Source: Octopus sinensis (taxonomy: Eukaryota). From it: a stretch of 64,000 nucleotides of DNA. The stretch is taken from positions 10,230,001 to 10,294,000 of the forward strand of contig NC_043022.1 of the NCBI RefSeq assembly GCF_006345805.1, given 5' to 3'. Under the pieces are notes generated by a model that worked only from the letters and a program-made list of their open reading frames with translations, was not told the DNA's origin and made no database searches. Positions within the stretch are counted from its first letter, which is position 1. Each line of letters opens with the position of its first letter. The position numbers were made by a program, and so were the translations under genes. Below are positions 12,129-25,273 of the stretch, piece by piece.

Positions 12129-14415
12129 ATGTATGTATGTATGTATATGTATGTATGTATGTATATGTATGTATGTATGTATATGTATGTATATGTATGT
12201 ATGTATGTGTATGCTCCTCCGGTGGATCAGGTAGTGTATGTCTATAGTATTTATTAATTATACGATTAAACGACGTTAAGTCTGTCCGATCCAGGTGGGA
12301 GAGGACGCTGCCCCGCCTCAGCGGCAGCAGCAGCAGCAGCAACTCAACAATGGGACCTCTTTGTGGTGGGCCGAATCGTTTGAAGCAGCAGCTAGATCTG
12401 CCTCACGTTCATACCTTTGCATCTTAAGCAAGGAAAAGATGTAACAGATAATATAGTCATACATACGCAAAAAAAAAAAAAAATGGCATGATATTTATGG
12501 AATATTTTGGAATTTGGCGATTTATACCTGTTAGATCAGGTCTGAACCACGGCCGAACAACAACCACAAGGGATTGTAAGGCAAAGAAGAAGTGAGGCTC
12601 TACGCAGCAGCCGACTATCTAGAAACATCAACTAATTCTATTTGGTATTACATCTTTTTGTCTAAAATAATTATAATAGTCCTTTCTGCTACAGGTGAAA
12701 GGTCTGAAATGTTGTGGGAAGAGGCTGTTCGATTACATCGATTACTGCTACTTATTTTGTCGATCCCGAAAGAATGAAAGACAAAAGTCGACCTCGGTGG
12801 GTATTGAACTCGGAACGTAGATATCACAATTATAATATAAAGCACAGGGCAATTTAGAGAATGTAGTTCCCTCGAAGTGTTATGGATGAAAACAAACAGA
12901 CGACCGACTGTCACAGTTGAAATGTCTATGATTGTATCTTTACTCGTTGGCTGGGGGTTAAATAAGTTGTTTCCAGGGAGATTTAGGTTACCGAAAGAGA
13001 ATTAGGGACGACATGCCTTTGCAAAAGCTTTATTAACACCGTCATCGATGTTTGCCCCTAAATGCTTACAACGGTGTTATTAGCAGTTCGTTGTTTCGGT
13101 CGAACGATTTCGTTTCATTCAATGAAAATAGCGCACATAAAGCTGCTTTGCTTACCTCTTCTTCCATCTTGCTGCTTCTTCGAATTAGTGCTGTGCTTAA
13201 TGTAGAAGTAGTTAGTAGTAGTAGTAGTGGTGGTGGTTGTTGTTGTTGATGATGGTGATGATGATGATGAGGGATGTTCTTGTTGTTGCTGTTTACTGAT
13301 GAGGATCTAATACTCGCGTGAGGATGATGCTGGAATTAAGCGAAGGAACAACCATATGCTCTCCTCAGAGCCGACGCCGAGCACATGCACACACGGACGC
13401 ACGCATGCATTTGCACATACACATGCAGACCGTGGACATACGCGCGCACACATGCAAATACACGGAAAGCTCGCACCCTCTCTATGTTTCTCCTTATCAC
13501 CTCCTACTATCCCCTCCTCTCTCTCTCTCTCCCCCTCTCTCCCTGCGACGGTCATTCTTCCCGTCTTATCGCTTATACACGGACAGTTTTAAATACAATC
13601 CAAAAATGTATAAATCACATCGCCAATCTCTGTATTTGTCACTATTTCTTTATTTTCGTTTCACTCACCCCCTCTCTCTCTCTTATCTCCCTCTCACTCA
13701 TTCACTTTCTCTCATTTCAATCACACTCTCTCTCTCACTCACTCTCTTACTCTTTCTTTCTCACGCTTTCTCTCTCTCTCTTTCACCTCTCACTCACTCA
13801 CTCTTTCTCTCTCTTTCTTTCTCTCTCTTTCTTTCTCTCTCTCTCTTATATACTCACCCACTCTCTCTCAGCCCCTGTCTCTTTTTCATTCACACCACAC
13901 ACACACACACACACACTCTCTCTCTCTCTCTCTCTCCCCTCTCTCTCTCCCCTCTCTCTCTCCCCTCTCTCCCCTCTCTCTCTCTCATTTTACACCCACA
14001 CATAAATAGAGGTGCATGTGTGGGTGTAACAGTAGCAGAATTAGTACCAACAAAAAGCGGAGTGGAAGCATGAGTAGAAGCGGTAATAGTAGTGGAAGGA
14101 GGAGGACTCAATCAATCATCTTCATCCCCATCACCATCACCAATAATCAACGCAACATTTAATACATAGAACTACAACCATCAACATCATCATCATCATC
14201 ATAATCAAGAGCAACAATACTATGGCACCACACATGAAAGCACGCACGCACACATGCATTCACTGCTACCGCTGCATATATCATCACATCAGGATAGAAC
14301 TACTAACGCTCTCATAAACCGTATTCAGGGACATATATACATGCCATGTCACCACACGCGTTCTTTTCTTGGGCTGTTCTTTTCCTTCCCTCCGGAGCTT
14401 TCCTCTTTCCTCTTT

Positions 14416-14442
14416 CTGACGAAGAGCCATGCTCGAAACGTT
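14416..14442 (+). ncRNA. Hammerhead core motif (short element family H), stem I decayed
   Basis: CUGACGA-A-GAGC(CAU)GCUC-GAAAC-GUU; homologous to 36908 and 43017. Confidence 0.5.
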
Positions 14443-14669
14443 ACACACATCACACTTTTCCATCTTCAACAGAGCGTCACGCCAATACATTTGCTGTTTA
14501 CGTTCTTCCGTTGTTTTGTTTCTATTTTTATTTTCGATTTGCTTGTGCGTGACTGTCTGTGTGTATGTGCATGCGTGCATTCATGTGTGTGCATGTATGT
14601 ATGTATGTATGTATGTATGTATGTATGTATGTATGTATGTATGTATGTATACACACACACATATATATT

Positions 14670-14975
14670 TGGAGGTGCAATGGCCCCAGTGGTTAGGGCA
14701 GCAGACTCGCGGTCGAAGAATCGCGGTTTCGATTCCCAGACCGGGCGTTGTGAGTGTTTATTGAGCGAAAACACCTAAAGCTCCACGAGGCTCTGGCAGG
14801 GGGTGGTGGCGATCCCTGCTGTACTCTTTCGCCACAACTTTCTCTCGCTCTTTCTTCTGTTAGCCTGCTCGCTTAGCCAGCGGGGTGGCATCATTTGAAG
14901 GCTAAAACAATGCAAAGCGCATTGTGACCAGCAATGTGTAGCAAAAACCTGATAGCCTGGTCGGTCACGGTGATC
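14670..14975 (+). mobile_element. SINE family C, tail variant 3
   Basis: TGGCCCCAGTGG A box, GGTTTCGATTCC B box, family C body and a distinct tail. Confidence 0.8.
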
Positions 14976-15428
14976 ATGGTGATGTATATATATGGAGACG
15001 TACGGTTCAGTGGTTAGAGCGTCGGGCTTACAATAGCGAGTTTATGAACTGGATTCCCGGACCGGGCTCTAAGTTGTGTTCTTGAGCAAGACACTTTATT
15101 TCACGTTGTTCCTGTTCCCTCATATATAGAAATGAGTTGCGACGTCATTGGTGCCAAGCCGTATCGGTCGTTGGACAACATTAGTGGCGTGGAGAGGGGA
15201 GGCTGGCATGCATGGGCGACTGGTGTTCTCCTGCAAATAACCTTGTTCAGACTGGTGCCTCGGCGAAGAACTTTCTAGATGCAATCCCATGGTCGTTCGT
15301 GACCAAAGGGGGATCCGCAAACTGTACAGATTTATAATATTTCAAAACAATATAAAATAGAGAGGGCGGAAAACAATCGCCTCAGCAGTGGGGGAAAGTA
15401 TTATATATATATATATATATTATATATA

Positions 15429-15463
<35 letters not shown>

Positions 15464-15618
15464 CCGGAGTAAACACATAAATGTGAAACAAGGTGGAAAA
15501 AAGAGTACTCAAATACCAGTGGTAGAGTAATATGCTTTATTTTAAGCAGCAGAAAATTCAACAAAATCTGTTACTCTGAGTTTCTCGTTGCCGTTCATCA
15601 GACAGTTTTTAAAATAAA

Positions 15619-15693
<75 letters not shown>

Positions 15694-15813
15694 CAATCAA
15701 AGCAATTAAGATTCAAGTCAATTCCAATGAATTTACTTGAATGTGGTACTTAACTTAGATGCACCAGAAAAACAATATGGTGTTAACCATACAGTAATGT
15801 GGGGTGATTATAA

Positions 15814-16073
15814 ACGAGAAAGAAGCAACAAGAATGGATTAGTTTTTAGTACAATTGTTTCATACAAAGACAGACTTTATTACAAGTTGCAAAAATTGCA
15901 GCAGATAAAAGTGTCCCGTACTCATCAGCTAAAATACATGTGAGTTCTCCAAACATCTTAGTGGGTGAGGTTATACTTTTATCTGCTGCAATTTTTGCAA
16001 CTTATAATAAAGTCTGTCTTTGTATGAAACAATTGTACTAAAAACTAATCCATTCTTGTTGCTTCTTTCTCGT
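15814..16073. repeat. Long inverted repeat (~99-bp arms, 62-bp spacer)
   Basis: 15814-15912 is nearly the exact reverse complement of 15975-16073; (TA)n follows. Confidence 0.9.
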
Positions 16074-16079
16074 ATATAT

Positions 16080-16136
<57 letters not shown>

Positions 16137-16177
16137 GCTGGGTGTCATAATTTCAATATATATAATGATTTCAAATT

Positions 16178-16368
16178 TTTGCCACAAAGACAGCTTCGGG
16201 GAGGGGATTAAGTGGATTACATCGACCCCAGTGCGTAACAGGTTCTTGTTTAATCCGAAAGGATGAAAGGCAAAGTCGACCTCAGTGGAATTTGAATTCA
16301 GAACGTAACGGCAGACGAAATACTGCTCAGCATTTCGCCCGGCGTGCTAACGATTCTGCCAGCTCTCC
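16178..16368 (-). mobile_element. SINE family A (short-tail variant)
   Basis: Reverse complement of the family A head and body. Confidence 0.75.
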
Positions 16369-17368
16369 AACTTAAATTCAATATATATAATGAACTGGAA
16401 AACGTCAGTAATTAGAAATTATTAAACACGTACTCAGTCAACATAAACTCACTCTACAATCGTTTAAAGTCTATTTTAGAAAAGTATAAAAAACAAGAAG
16501 ATAGCTACAAAGAAATCAACTGAAATTTTGTCTCAGTTCATCAAGGTTTACTAGTTTGAGCCTCTCCATAACACACACACACACAAAAGAAAAAATATCA
16601 ACAACTTAAACATATCAACAACTTTAAAATATCAACAACTTAAAAATATCAACAACTTAAACCTGCACACACAGACATACACACATACACACACGCGTGT
16701 ACACACACATACTTCTCTCTCCAAACTCATGACAGATACTTAAGATCACACGGGAGCTTTTATGCGTTTGCTCTACATGCTTAAAAGTCACGGCTAAATT
16801 CCATCATATTGTTCCATACCGCTTTCAAAACGGACATTGCCTGCATTAAATGCTTATAAACAGACTGGACGGGCATGGCTTGAATTCCTTTGGTCCTCAT
16901 TGGTCTACTTAATCAGGGTGGACCTGGGGTTAAAGTAAACAATGATAACAATCACTAACCCCAGATCAAACATACATGGCAACCTAAACAAAAGAAATCC
17001 CTCCCACAAACAACCTGCTAGAAATAGGAGCCAAATCTTCCTCATGTTCGATTCTGCCGTCTTTTGACAAAGCAGATACTTTGGATCGTGTAGTACTGAC
17101 AGCACTGTGCCTAAGAATAGGGTGGTATGGTCACCGACGGAACGTCTTTGATCATTAGTCAGCTCGATCAGGCCACACATCACACAGGATAAAGGGGATA
17201 GGGTATGGCTGCGTGGTTAAGAAGACCGCTTTGTAATCGTGGGATTTCGTGTTCAAGACCACTGCACATTGTGATGTAGTGTGGGGTATGCTGACCTAAT
17301 AGAAAGGCCACTTTATATACATATGTTTCGTTTAAGGAAAGGTTTGGTCAATATGGTTACCGTACAAA

Positions 17369-17654
17369 CAATGCCGGATTTATATATGGACCAATATGGG
17401 ACATGGCCCATGAGTCCCTAAGCTCGGGGGAGGACTAAGAATTGGGGACCCCTTTATTTCAGAAAAGCCTAAAACTTGGAATTAAAAAATAAAAAATATA
17501 TATATTTACAGCAATCAAATAAATGATTTGTAATTTATTTTTACGCACTAACTTTTAAAAATCCAGTAAAGTTCTTTGAAAAATATTTAAAAACTCGTAG
17601 GGGTACCTAAGACCTATTGGCCCGTGAACTCCACTAGGTCTAAATCTGGCCCTG
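17369..17654. mobile_element. Decayed hAT-like MITE
   Basis: Imperfect TIRs CAATGCCGGATTTA / TAAATCTGGCCCTG (CAGGG-type end). Confidence 0.45.
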
Positions 17655-18122
17655 CATACAGGATGATTAAGATTCTCGCTACACCGTTGAGTGTACAATG
17701 TATTGGACGAAATGTTTTTCTAATATGGTGTCGGATTTCTCGAGCCATGTGAATGAAATTTGGTAGACAGAAACCGTTCTTCTTTATATGTGGTAGATTT
17801 AATAATACTTGGTCCGGTTTGATGTCACCACTACCAACAACAACAACTGGATGTTGGTTCGATTTGATGTCACTGCTTTCAGCACCACCACCTGGGGCCT
17901 TGGTCGGGTTTGATGTAAGGGGTTCCACCCGACTAAAATAGGAACCAAAAGGATCCATAGGTAACAAATGGTTGAGAGCCACTGGTCGATATTGTCCAAA
18001 TATTTCGGTCAGCTGGTCTTACAGTTATTCCCTTGCAAGTTATTTTCAGATTTTAAACTTACACATTCAGAAGGAGTTTTTGACTGGTAATTGTTGAAAT
18101 AATCTCATGTGATTGAATGTTC

Positions 18123-18539
18123 GGATCTTTTCGGTTTGAACGGCAGTTTTTTCTAGCGGTGTCATATGAAATTGTCACCCATAATTATGACCCTAGTATC
18201 GATCTATTGCATTTCAATCTGTTTTAGGGTTAGGGATGGGGGGAAGGGTATCTTTTTTTCTTCAGAAATGTAAATAAACCCAATCTGTTTCTTAAACGAG
18301 GGACATATTAATACGGCACAGAATGTTTTCACCTCAAATAGACGTCATTAATTGGTTGAAATTGCAGAAATTGAAGAAAAAACAACAATAAATATCTAAC
18401 TAACAAACTATATAATTTTCTCAATAAAGCCAAGAGAAAAAGATGTTTTATAAACACATTCTACCTGTATACGAAGTTTAAAAGTGTTTAGTTACGTGGA
18501 AATTATTTAAAAAAACTGCCGTTCAAACCGAAAAGATCC
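18123..18539. mobile_element. MITE with 29-bp perfect TIRs (uninterrupted copy)
   Basis: GGATCTTTTCGGTTTGAACGGCAGTTTTT ... AAAAACTGCCGTTCAAACCGAAAAGATCC; a second copy at 24120-26334 is interrupted. Confidence 0.9.
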
Positions 18540-18819
18540 TGAGTGTTCTATTTTTGTTTTTTCATTTCAGAATTTATCGTATTTGTGATCATTTATATAC
18601 AAATATTCCCCTGAGGTTTTCTCTGCCCCTTACCACCACCGCCGCCACCATCCAAGTTATTTTGATGTATTCTATGACGACGGCTAACAAATGGCACATT
18701 AAAAAAAAGATAACGCTTCAAGATAAAACATTATCCAGTTGGGCGACTTGCCAGGACCAATACAATTCTTCCACGCCAGATATCCCGATCTTCATATCCT
18801 CAATGAAGTATCTTTCACA

Positions 18820-19000
18820 AGGTGATCGATATATGTTCTTGTTGATCTGTCAATACCGCTGTGTACAGGAGAATGAGTTCATTGGATATTTCATCCTTGC
18901 TTCCCCAGCAGGGTTCTACTCAACGTGTTCTTGTTTCTATGATTACCGAGATATCAGCAGGAAGACTGCCATGCGGTCGCTGCTTTGTATGGTGTTACTG
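18820..19000 (-). pseudogene. Non-LTR retrotransposon (RTE/RTEX-like) C-terminal fragment; second copy at about 19640-19830
   Basis: LPADISVIIETRTR*VEPCWGSKDEISN and HYAGPCWESKDEIS resemble the AGHCWRSKDE motif. Confidence 0.55.
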
Positions 19001-19043
19001 CCAAGAAAAATTTGAGAACTGCTCGAAGCATTCTCGTGTTTGT

Positions 19044-19250
19044 GGGATTGCTGAAAAGTTCTTGGCTTTAAGGGTATCGCGAAAGGCCTGATTGGAGGCC
19101 TAACCTTCCGAGTTCTTTTACAGGGCTCAGAAAAAAACTGAAGAAATCCTGCAATAAGTGTGTGAATCTGAGAGGGGGAATATGTTGAATAAAATCATAT
19201 TGAACTAATCCTCCTGTGTTTTTCAGGAACTTTTCAGCACCCCCCTCGTA
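19044..19250. mobile_element. Mariner-derived MITE
   Basis: TIR AACTTTTCAGCACCCCCCTCGTA; the interior encodes a mariner-like C-terminus (NKCVNL.GEYVE*); sister copy at 59920-60141. Confidence 0.75.
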
Positions 19251-20372
19251 CACACACACACACAATTAAGTGGAGAATAGTGGAGAAACCCAAGCCATAT
19301 ATTAATGCAGCTTATGTGTAGCAGAAAGGTCTCATATTCTCCTTAGATCTAGCAATTCCAACACACTGCTTAATTCCAGATCTGAAATTTTAGCAGGTGT
19401 AAACACGTGGACATGTTTCTTTTTATCCACTCCGGATTGAATTGCTGTCTCGCAGACTTTGACATATTTTCTGTTATTTTGTTCTATAACAGTTGTATTT
19501 CACGTACTTTCTACAATCAGGGAGAACGAGGATCCTAGTTTTCTTGATTTCGTTTTTTCTTTCTCATTCCATTTTTTGCACCAACCTTCTTCACGCTTTT
19601 CCCACGTTTTTCCTTGTTTTCTCACTGTCCAGCGTCCTTGTTTCACAACCACATAAATATATGCTCTTGTCGATCTGTCGATACATTTATGTGCATGCAT
19701 GGGTTTCCAGAGAAGGCAAATCTGGATATTTCATCCTTGCTTTCCCAGCAAGGTCCTGCATAATGTGTTCCTCCCTCTCTGATTAACGAGATTAACGAGA
19801 TGAAGGTACTACTATACACTCGCTGCTTTGAAATACAGGCACTACCCATTTTCTTACCGGTTGAGTGGACAGAATAAACGTGAAATAAAGTGTCTTTCTC
19901 AAGGACACAACACACCGCCAGGAATCGAATTCACGACCCTAAACCGAATGCTCTTGACCACTAAGCAATGCTCCTTCTCAGCCTTGAGAATTGTTTATTA
20001 TTTTTAGCTTTCCAAAAGAAGTAATCGTACAATAGATAAAGAGAGAGCGCGAGCGTGCGCGCACGCACAAACATACACAAACCTTAAAGACTTCATTCAT
20101 ACATTTCTATACATACTTTTTTGAATGCCCATTACTCCGATAATTCTTCAATTTTACAGTTATACTTTCTCCATGACAGTAGATAAATTTTTTTATTCCA
20201 CAACGTATTTGTAGTGGCTTCATGCAAGCATAGCGTGGAATCGATCCTCGAATGCCAAATTTCACTTAACACTTCAACAGCGCTTTTCTCACGGTAAAAC
20301 AATAGTTTTTTCTGTGAATGACAGCAGTTATTCCCAGAAAGTATTTCCCAGATGCTTTTGCTAATGTCTTTG

Positions 20373-20451
20373 CCTCTCGCCAACCTCCGACAACCTCTCT
20401 CACCAACCCCCGACAATCTTTCTCGCCAACCCCCGAAAACCTCTCTCGCCA
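20373..20451 (+). repeat. 23-bp minisatellite, about 3.4 copies
   Basis: Unit TCTCTCGCCAACCCCCGACAACC; lies within a possible MITE (CCGATAATTC / GAATTATCGG, about 20137-20607). Confidence 0.8.
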
Positions 20452-20642
20452 TACTCTAACAATCTCTCCTTCCTCCAGCTGACAGTTTTTTCGACTTTTT
20501 CGTGACGGATAATACACCTCTTGTGGGAGTTATAACGAAATTACTTTCTTATATATCAGAGTAATAAGGCATTTCAATAGAACATCTCTACCCCTGGGAA
20601 TTATCGGGTACACCAGCTAGTGTATATATATATATATATATA

Positions 20643-20864
20643 ATTGTTAAAGAGGACAACAAACGTCAAGGCAAGGCAAACACGTCAAGTCATATGCATT
20701 ATTACTATTGGAAAAAAATTCAAAATCTTACAGCTGTTTCTGGGATATCCCAGGGGATGTGATATCCCAGAAACAGCTGTAAGATTTTGAATTTTTTTCC
20801 AATAGTAATAATGCATATGACTTGACGTGTTTGCCTTGCCTTGACGTTTGTAGTCTTTAACAAT
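20643..20864. repeat. Near-perfect long hairpin (~105-bp arms, 11-nt loop)
   Basis: 20643-20749 is the reverse complement of 20761-20864 apart from differences near the outer end. Confidence 0.95.
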
Positions 20865-20956
20865 GATATATCTGTTATATCGGAAATCTGCAACGGCTCC
20901 ATAACTACCGCCTCGGCTATAACCTTGGAGCCCTGGTGATCCGTTACCGCACTTAC

Positions 20957-20982
20957 CTAGCGTACCTAATCGTTTAGATCAC
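20957..20982 (-). other. Candidate 26-nt non-coding exon
   Basis: TTCATTTCACAG acceptor and TAG|GTAAGT donor; stops in all three frames. Confidence 0.3.
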
Positions 20983-20998
20983 CTGTGAAATGAACCCC

Positions 20999-21082
<84 letters not shown>

Positions 21083-21097
21083 GGGGGTTCATATGTG

Positions 21098-21128
<31 letters not shown>

Positions 21129-21766
21129 GATGGATTCGCTCGTCGCGAACGACCAATGAGGATTCAGTAAAAGAAAGCAGTTGTTATGTTCAATGGACAC
21201 GCATGTGTCTCTTGAAACCTTGGAAACCTTTTGGCAAAAGGGAGAAGTCGAGGACCTTGTTTGTGGATCATTTACAATGCATTTTCTCGAGTGGACGGCA
21301 AGGCCTGTTTTGACAGGCTAAAGTGTTCATTTGGAGTATGTGTGTGTATGTATGTATGTATGTATGTATGTATGTATGTATGTATGTATGTATGTATGTA
21401 TGTATGTATGTATACTCCGATATAAAACCTGCGGCTCAGTGGTTACCGATGATGTTGACTTGTTCTTCTTTTCTGATTATGGCTGCTGTTGCTTAGTGAG
21501 TGGGATTGACTCAGTGCACAGCCTTTCCCCACTTTAAAAAATATCTTTTCGCACAGGCATTGCATGATAACAACGTTGATTAAGCTTCGTGCAATGGCCA
21601 TACTCGATAATGAGGGGGCAGCCACCATGTATACGTGTAGTATTTGGAGTCTGTTCATGTGCAGATTTGATTTATACATGTATTCTCATGTCTAGACATG
21701 CGCATATATACTTAAATGGTAAACTTCTGGAAAGTTTTACAGATTTTTACTGTATGTGTGTATATT

Positions 21767-21844
<78 letters not shown>

Positions 21845-22383
21845 TGGATATGAAAAAATGAAATTACGTTACCTTAGCCGTTTTCATTTTTAAAATGGAA
21901 TATATACGTGGATATATCTGTGTAGAAATAGAAGTGTTGTCAATGGAATTCACCAGATATTTTAAACAGGATCTCTAACCGTTCTCGTAAAGCGCTGGTG
22001 ATGGTCGATTAAGGAACGCCAATCCGACAAAGAACGACAGATGACAATGCTTCTAAGACACTATATTTGAGAACACTTTAGGAATGTTCTATAGAAATAT
22101 TTCTGTATTTAATTATAAATTTTTCAGGAAGAAAAGAAAGAAAAAATGGATTATATATAAAGAGAGCAAAAATTAAAATATCTGGGAAACCAGAATTATT
22201 TCATCAAGGAAACAAAAAAAAAAGGGCTGGGAGGAATTAAGGAAAATTTGTAATTGTTTTTATGCAATTTTGTTGCCATTTGTATTTCCGATCAACTAGA
22301 TTTATTAACCATTAAAACATTCCTGGGTATAACTCTGTCGTCTTCTATCTATCTGTCTGTCTGTCCGTCCGTCCGTCCGTCTG

Positions 22384-22458
<75 letters not shown>

Positions 22459-23505
22459 GGAGGGGAGGTACGACGACGAGCTCGGGGCGAACCTGGACGT
22501 CGACGAGGAATACCTGACCCGCCTGTTCGGGACGACTTTCGGGCCAGGGCCCATGGACAACTTCCAGAGATCCCTGGCCTGGCAGTGCTACCGAGAAGCG
22601 CTACCCGTTCGGGATAAGCTCTACAGACACGGCTCGAGAAACACGGGGCCGACCTGCCCGAGATGCGGTCAGAGCGACGAAACCGTTCTGCACGCACTCG
22701 TGCAGTGTCCAACAATTTCCGACCTGTGGGCTTATGTCGAACAACTGCTGTCACGTGTGGGACGAATCGGTCTATCAGCTGAGTCTATCGTCAATATCGT
22801 CACGCCTCCTTCCTTCAAACGGGAAGGAAAAGCTATTTTCATCACACTTGTGGCTATGGCGAAAGAATGTATCTGGTGGACGCGTCTGAAAGGATTGGAG
22901 ACAAACACTTTCCTCTCTGGTCAACCTCTCATCAACTTCTTCAAGTACCACTTGAAAAGGAAAGTGAGAGTAGAGAGGCAAGTTTTGTCTAGCGAATGTT
23001 TTAAAAAAAGATGGGTGAATGTAGCAAGGATAGCACGTATGAATGACGAAGCCACCTTGAGCATAATCCTATGAACCCAGAAATTGAAAACAGAGGGTTA
23101 CCCACTTGCAAACAAATGTGGTAACATATAACAATATTGACCAAGGTTACCGTGGTCTTTTTCGTAGGCTTTTCTTCCCACGGATAAACCTTATTTGCTT
23201 TCCCCTTTACACCATACATTATGACACTGTGATACACGATCCCTATTGATCGTTTTTTTTCCTCTTCCCCTTTTTTTCCTCTTTTTTCTTCTTTTTTCAT
23301 TTTTCTTTTCTTTTGTTCCTTTTCCTTTCTTTTCTTTTCTTTTTTTGTTCTTTTTCCCCTTTTACGATCCCTTTTGATCGAAAACCTACGCCACCTTTTC
23401 TTTTTTTTTGTTTCTTTTGTTTTTTGTTTTTTCATCCCCCAAAGAAAAGCTCTACCTTGTAACTTGTCCCATCTGTGTGCAGCCCTGTGTGGCCAATAAA
23501 GAAAC

Positions 23506-23506
<1 letters not shown>
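22459..23506 (+). mobile_element. 5'-truncated Tx1/L1-clade LINE (3' 1 kb) inside a (TATC)n tract
   Basis: ORF2 C-terminus, pyrimidine-rich 3' UTR and AATAAA at 23495-23500; (ATCT)n directly on both sides. Confidence 0.85.
22460..23074 (+). pseudogene. LINE ORF2 C-terminal 204 aa with zf-RVT zinc knuckle; frame open from the truncation point
   Basis: EGRYDDELGA...LAWQCYREALPVRDKL...CPRCGQSDETVLHALVQC...LWAYV...; no stop before 23072. Confidence 0.85.
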
Positions 23507-23547
<41 letters not shown>

Positions 23548-23574
23548 GTCTGTCTGTCTGTCTGTCTGTCTATC

Positions 23575-23610
<36 letters not shown>

Positions 23611-24530
23611 GTCTGTCTGTCTATGTTCTATGTGTGTGTGAGTGTGTGTTTGTGTCCGTATATATACGTACACCCCATACATACATATACACACACACAC
23701 ACATACATACACAAGCATACACACATATACCTACGTACATATATACACATATAAAATTGCATAGTCTTATGGTTCCTTCCCTACTTTCAGCCAGTATCAT
23801 CAGAGTTCAACTAAGTTTGGCTGCTATGTCTAGCAAGCCGAGCGACGACGTTGAGGCCTCATCATTGCTTCCTATTTTCCTTTGTGAAAGTTTTATCTCA
23901 AGAAGAGACAAAATAGATATCAATATAAGCTATATTTAAAACAAATTTTACATTAAGAAATATTCTGTTCTTATTTGTTACGTGTTTTTAGAAGAAAACA
24001 TATTGAACTTCAGTTCGTTGTTATTTACACATCCAATGGTATTAACAACAGTTTTATAAATATAAGCAATAACATCGCAGAAAAGAAACTGCCAAAGAAA
24101 CAAAAAAAAAAAAAAAAAGGGATCATTTCGGTTTGAACGGCAGTTTTTTCTAGCAGTATCATGAAATTGTCACCCATAATTATGACCCTAGTATCAATCT
24201 ATTGCATTTCAATCTGTTTTAGGGTTAGGGGTGGGGGGAAGGGTATCTTTTTTTCTTCACAAATGTAAATAAACCCAATCTGTTTCTTAAACGAGGGACA
24301 TATTCATACGGCACAGAATGTTGTTTACCTGAATAGACGTCAGTGATTGGCTGAAACTGCAGAAATTGAAGAAAAAAACAAACAACAACAAATATCTTAC
24401 AAACTATAGAATTTTCTCAATAAAGCCAAGAGAAAAAGATGTTTTATAAACACACTAGCAGAATTGCCCGGCGTTGCTCGGGGCTGAATTGCTTGAAAGT
24501 ACTGTTAATGATTGCACTGAATTATGATGA

Positions 24531-24998
24531 TTATTCAGGCAAATATTGATATAAGTTTACGGTGGGAGATAAGGACTTAACGATAAAACGTGTGCCATTG
24601 CATTGTTTTGGGGGAACCAAATTTCTGATGAGCATTATAGGGGCACCAACTTTAAGTTTGAGAAAGTGTGGTGGTAGTCCGGGGTGCTCAAAGGAATTGA
24701 GTACCTCTATTGGATAGTTGATGACGTCCTCTGGGTCAGGAGTTGTATCGATAGACTGATATACATAGACTTCCCCAGGAATGAGTTTTAGCATTTCATC
24801 ATTAATATGGTGAACAGTTTTATTCCTCGGGGCCAGTATAGCCTTTTTGCCAATCCAATCCATATTCTGATAATTAGCTTGTAGATCTGGGAACACTGCA
24901 TCTCTGAAATCAGAAGGCGTCTTAACAATGTTACAAATGGAATCGATGGCAATATTTACCATTTTCATCCCCTGGTATTTTGCCTTCGCCAAGTGCAA
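24531..24998 (-). pseudogene. Helitron PIF1-like helicase fragment
   Basis: AILAPRNKTVHHIN...YQSIDT...YPIEVLNS...GLPPHFLKLKVGAPIMLIRNL.P.K.CNGTR, characteristic of the Helitron RepHel helicase. Confidence 0.9.
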
Positions 24999-25273
24999 GG
25001 AGGGTGAGGAAATGCTGCTGATGTGATATTACGTCGCATATGAGCACGCATATTGGTGTGAAGTTTGAGAGTTACTTCCCTTTATTTAAAAAATATGCAT
25101 TAAAATTGTAAAATCATAGACTCATCGTAGACGCGCGCTAATACCCAGAAGGGCTCGATATGAATCACGACTATAAGATACCCGGTTTTGGTTAAACTGC
25201 ATCGCAAAATGTGGGAGTAGTTAGGAATCAAAATCGGAGTAGACAGACACACAACCTTTCTTTTATATATAAA

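Noticed and set aside
12290-12446. GC-rich island with (CAG)n that translates as PPQRQQQQQLNNGTSLWWAESF
   Set aside because: Short, no convincing splice-site pair or homology, and several frames on both strands are equally plausible.
21160-21335. Possible RT fragment (GF..R..C...AFSRVD)
   Set aside because: The motifs are spread across frames and too degenerate to support.
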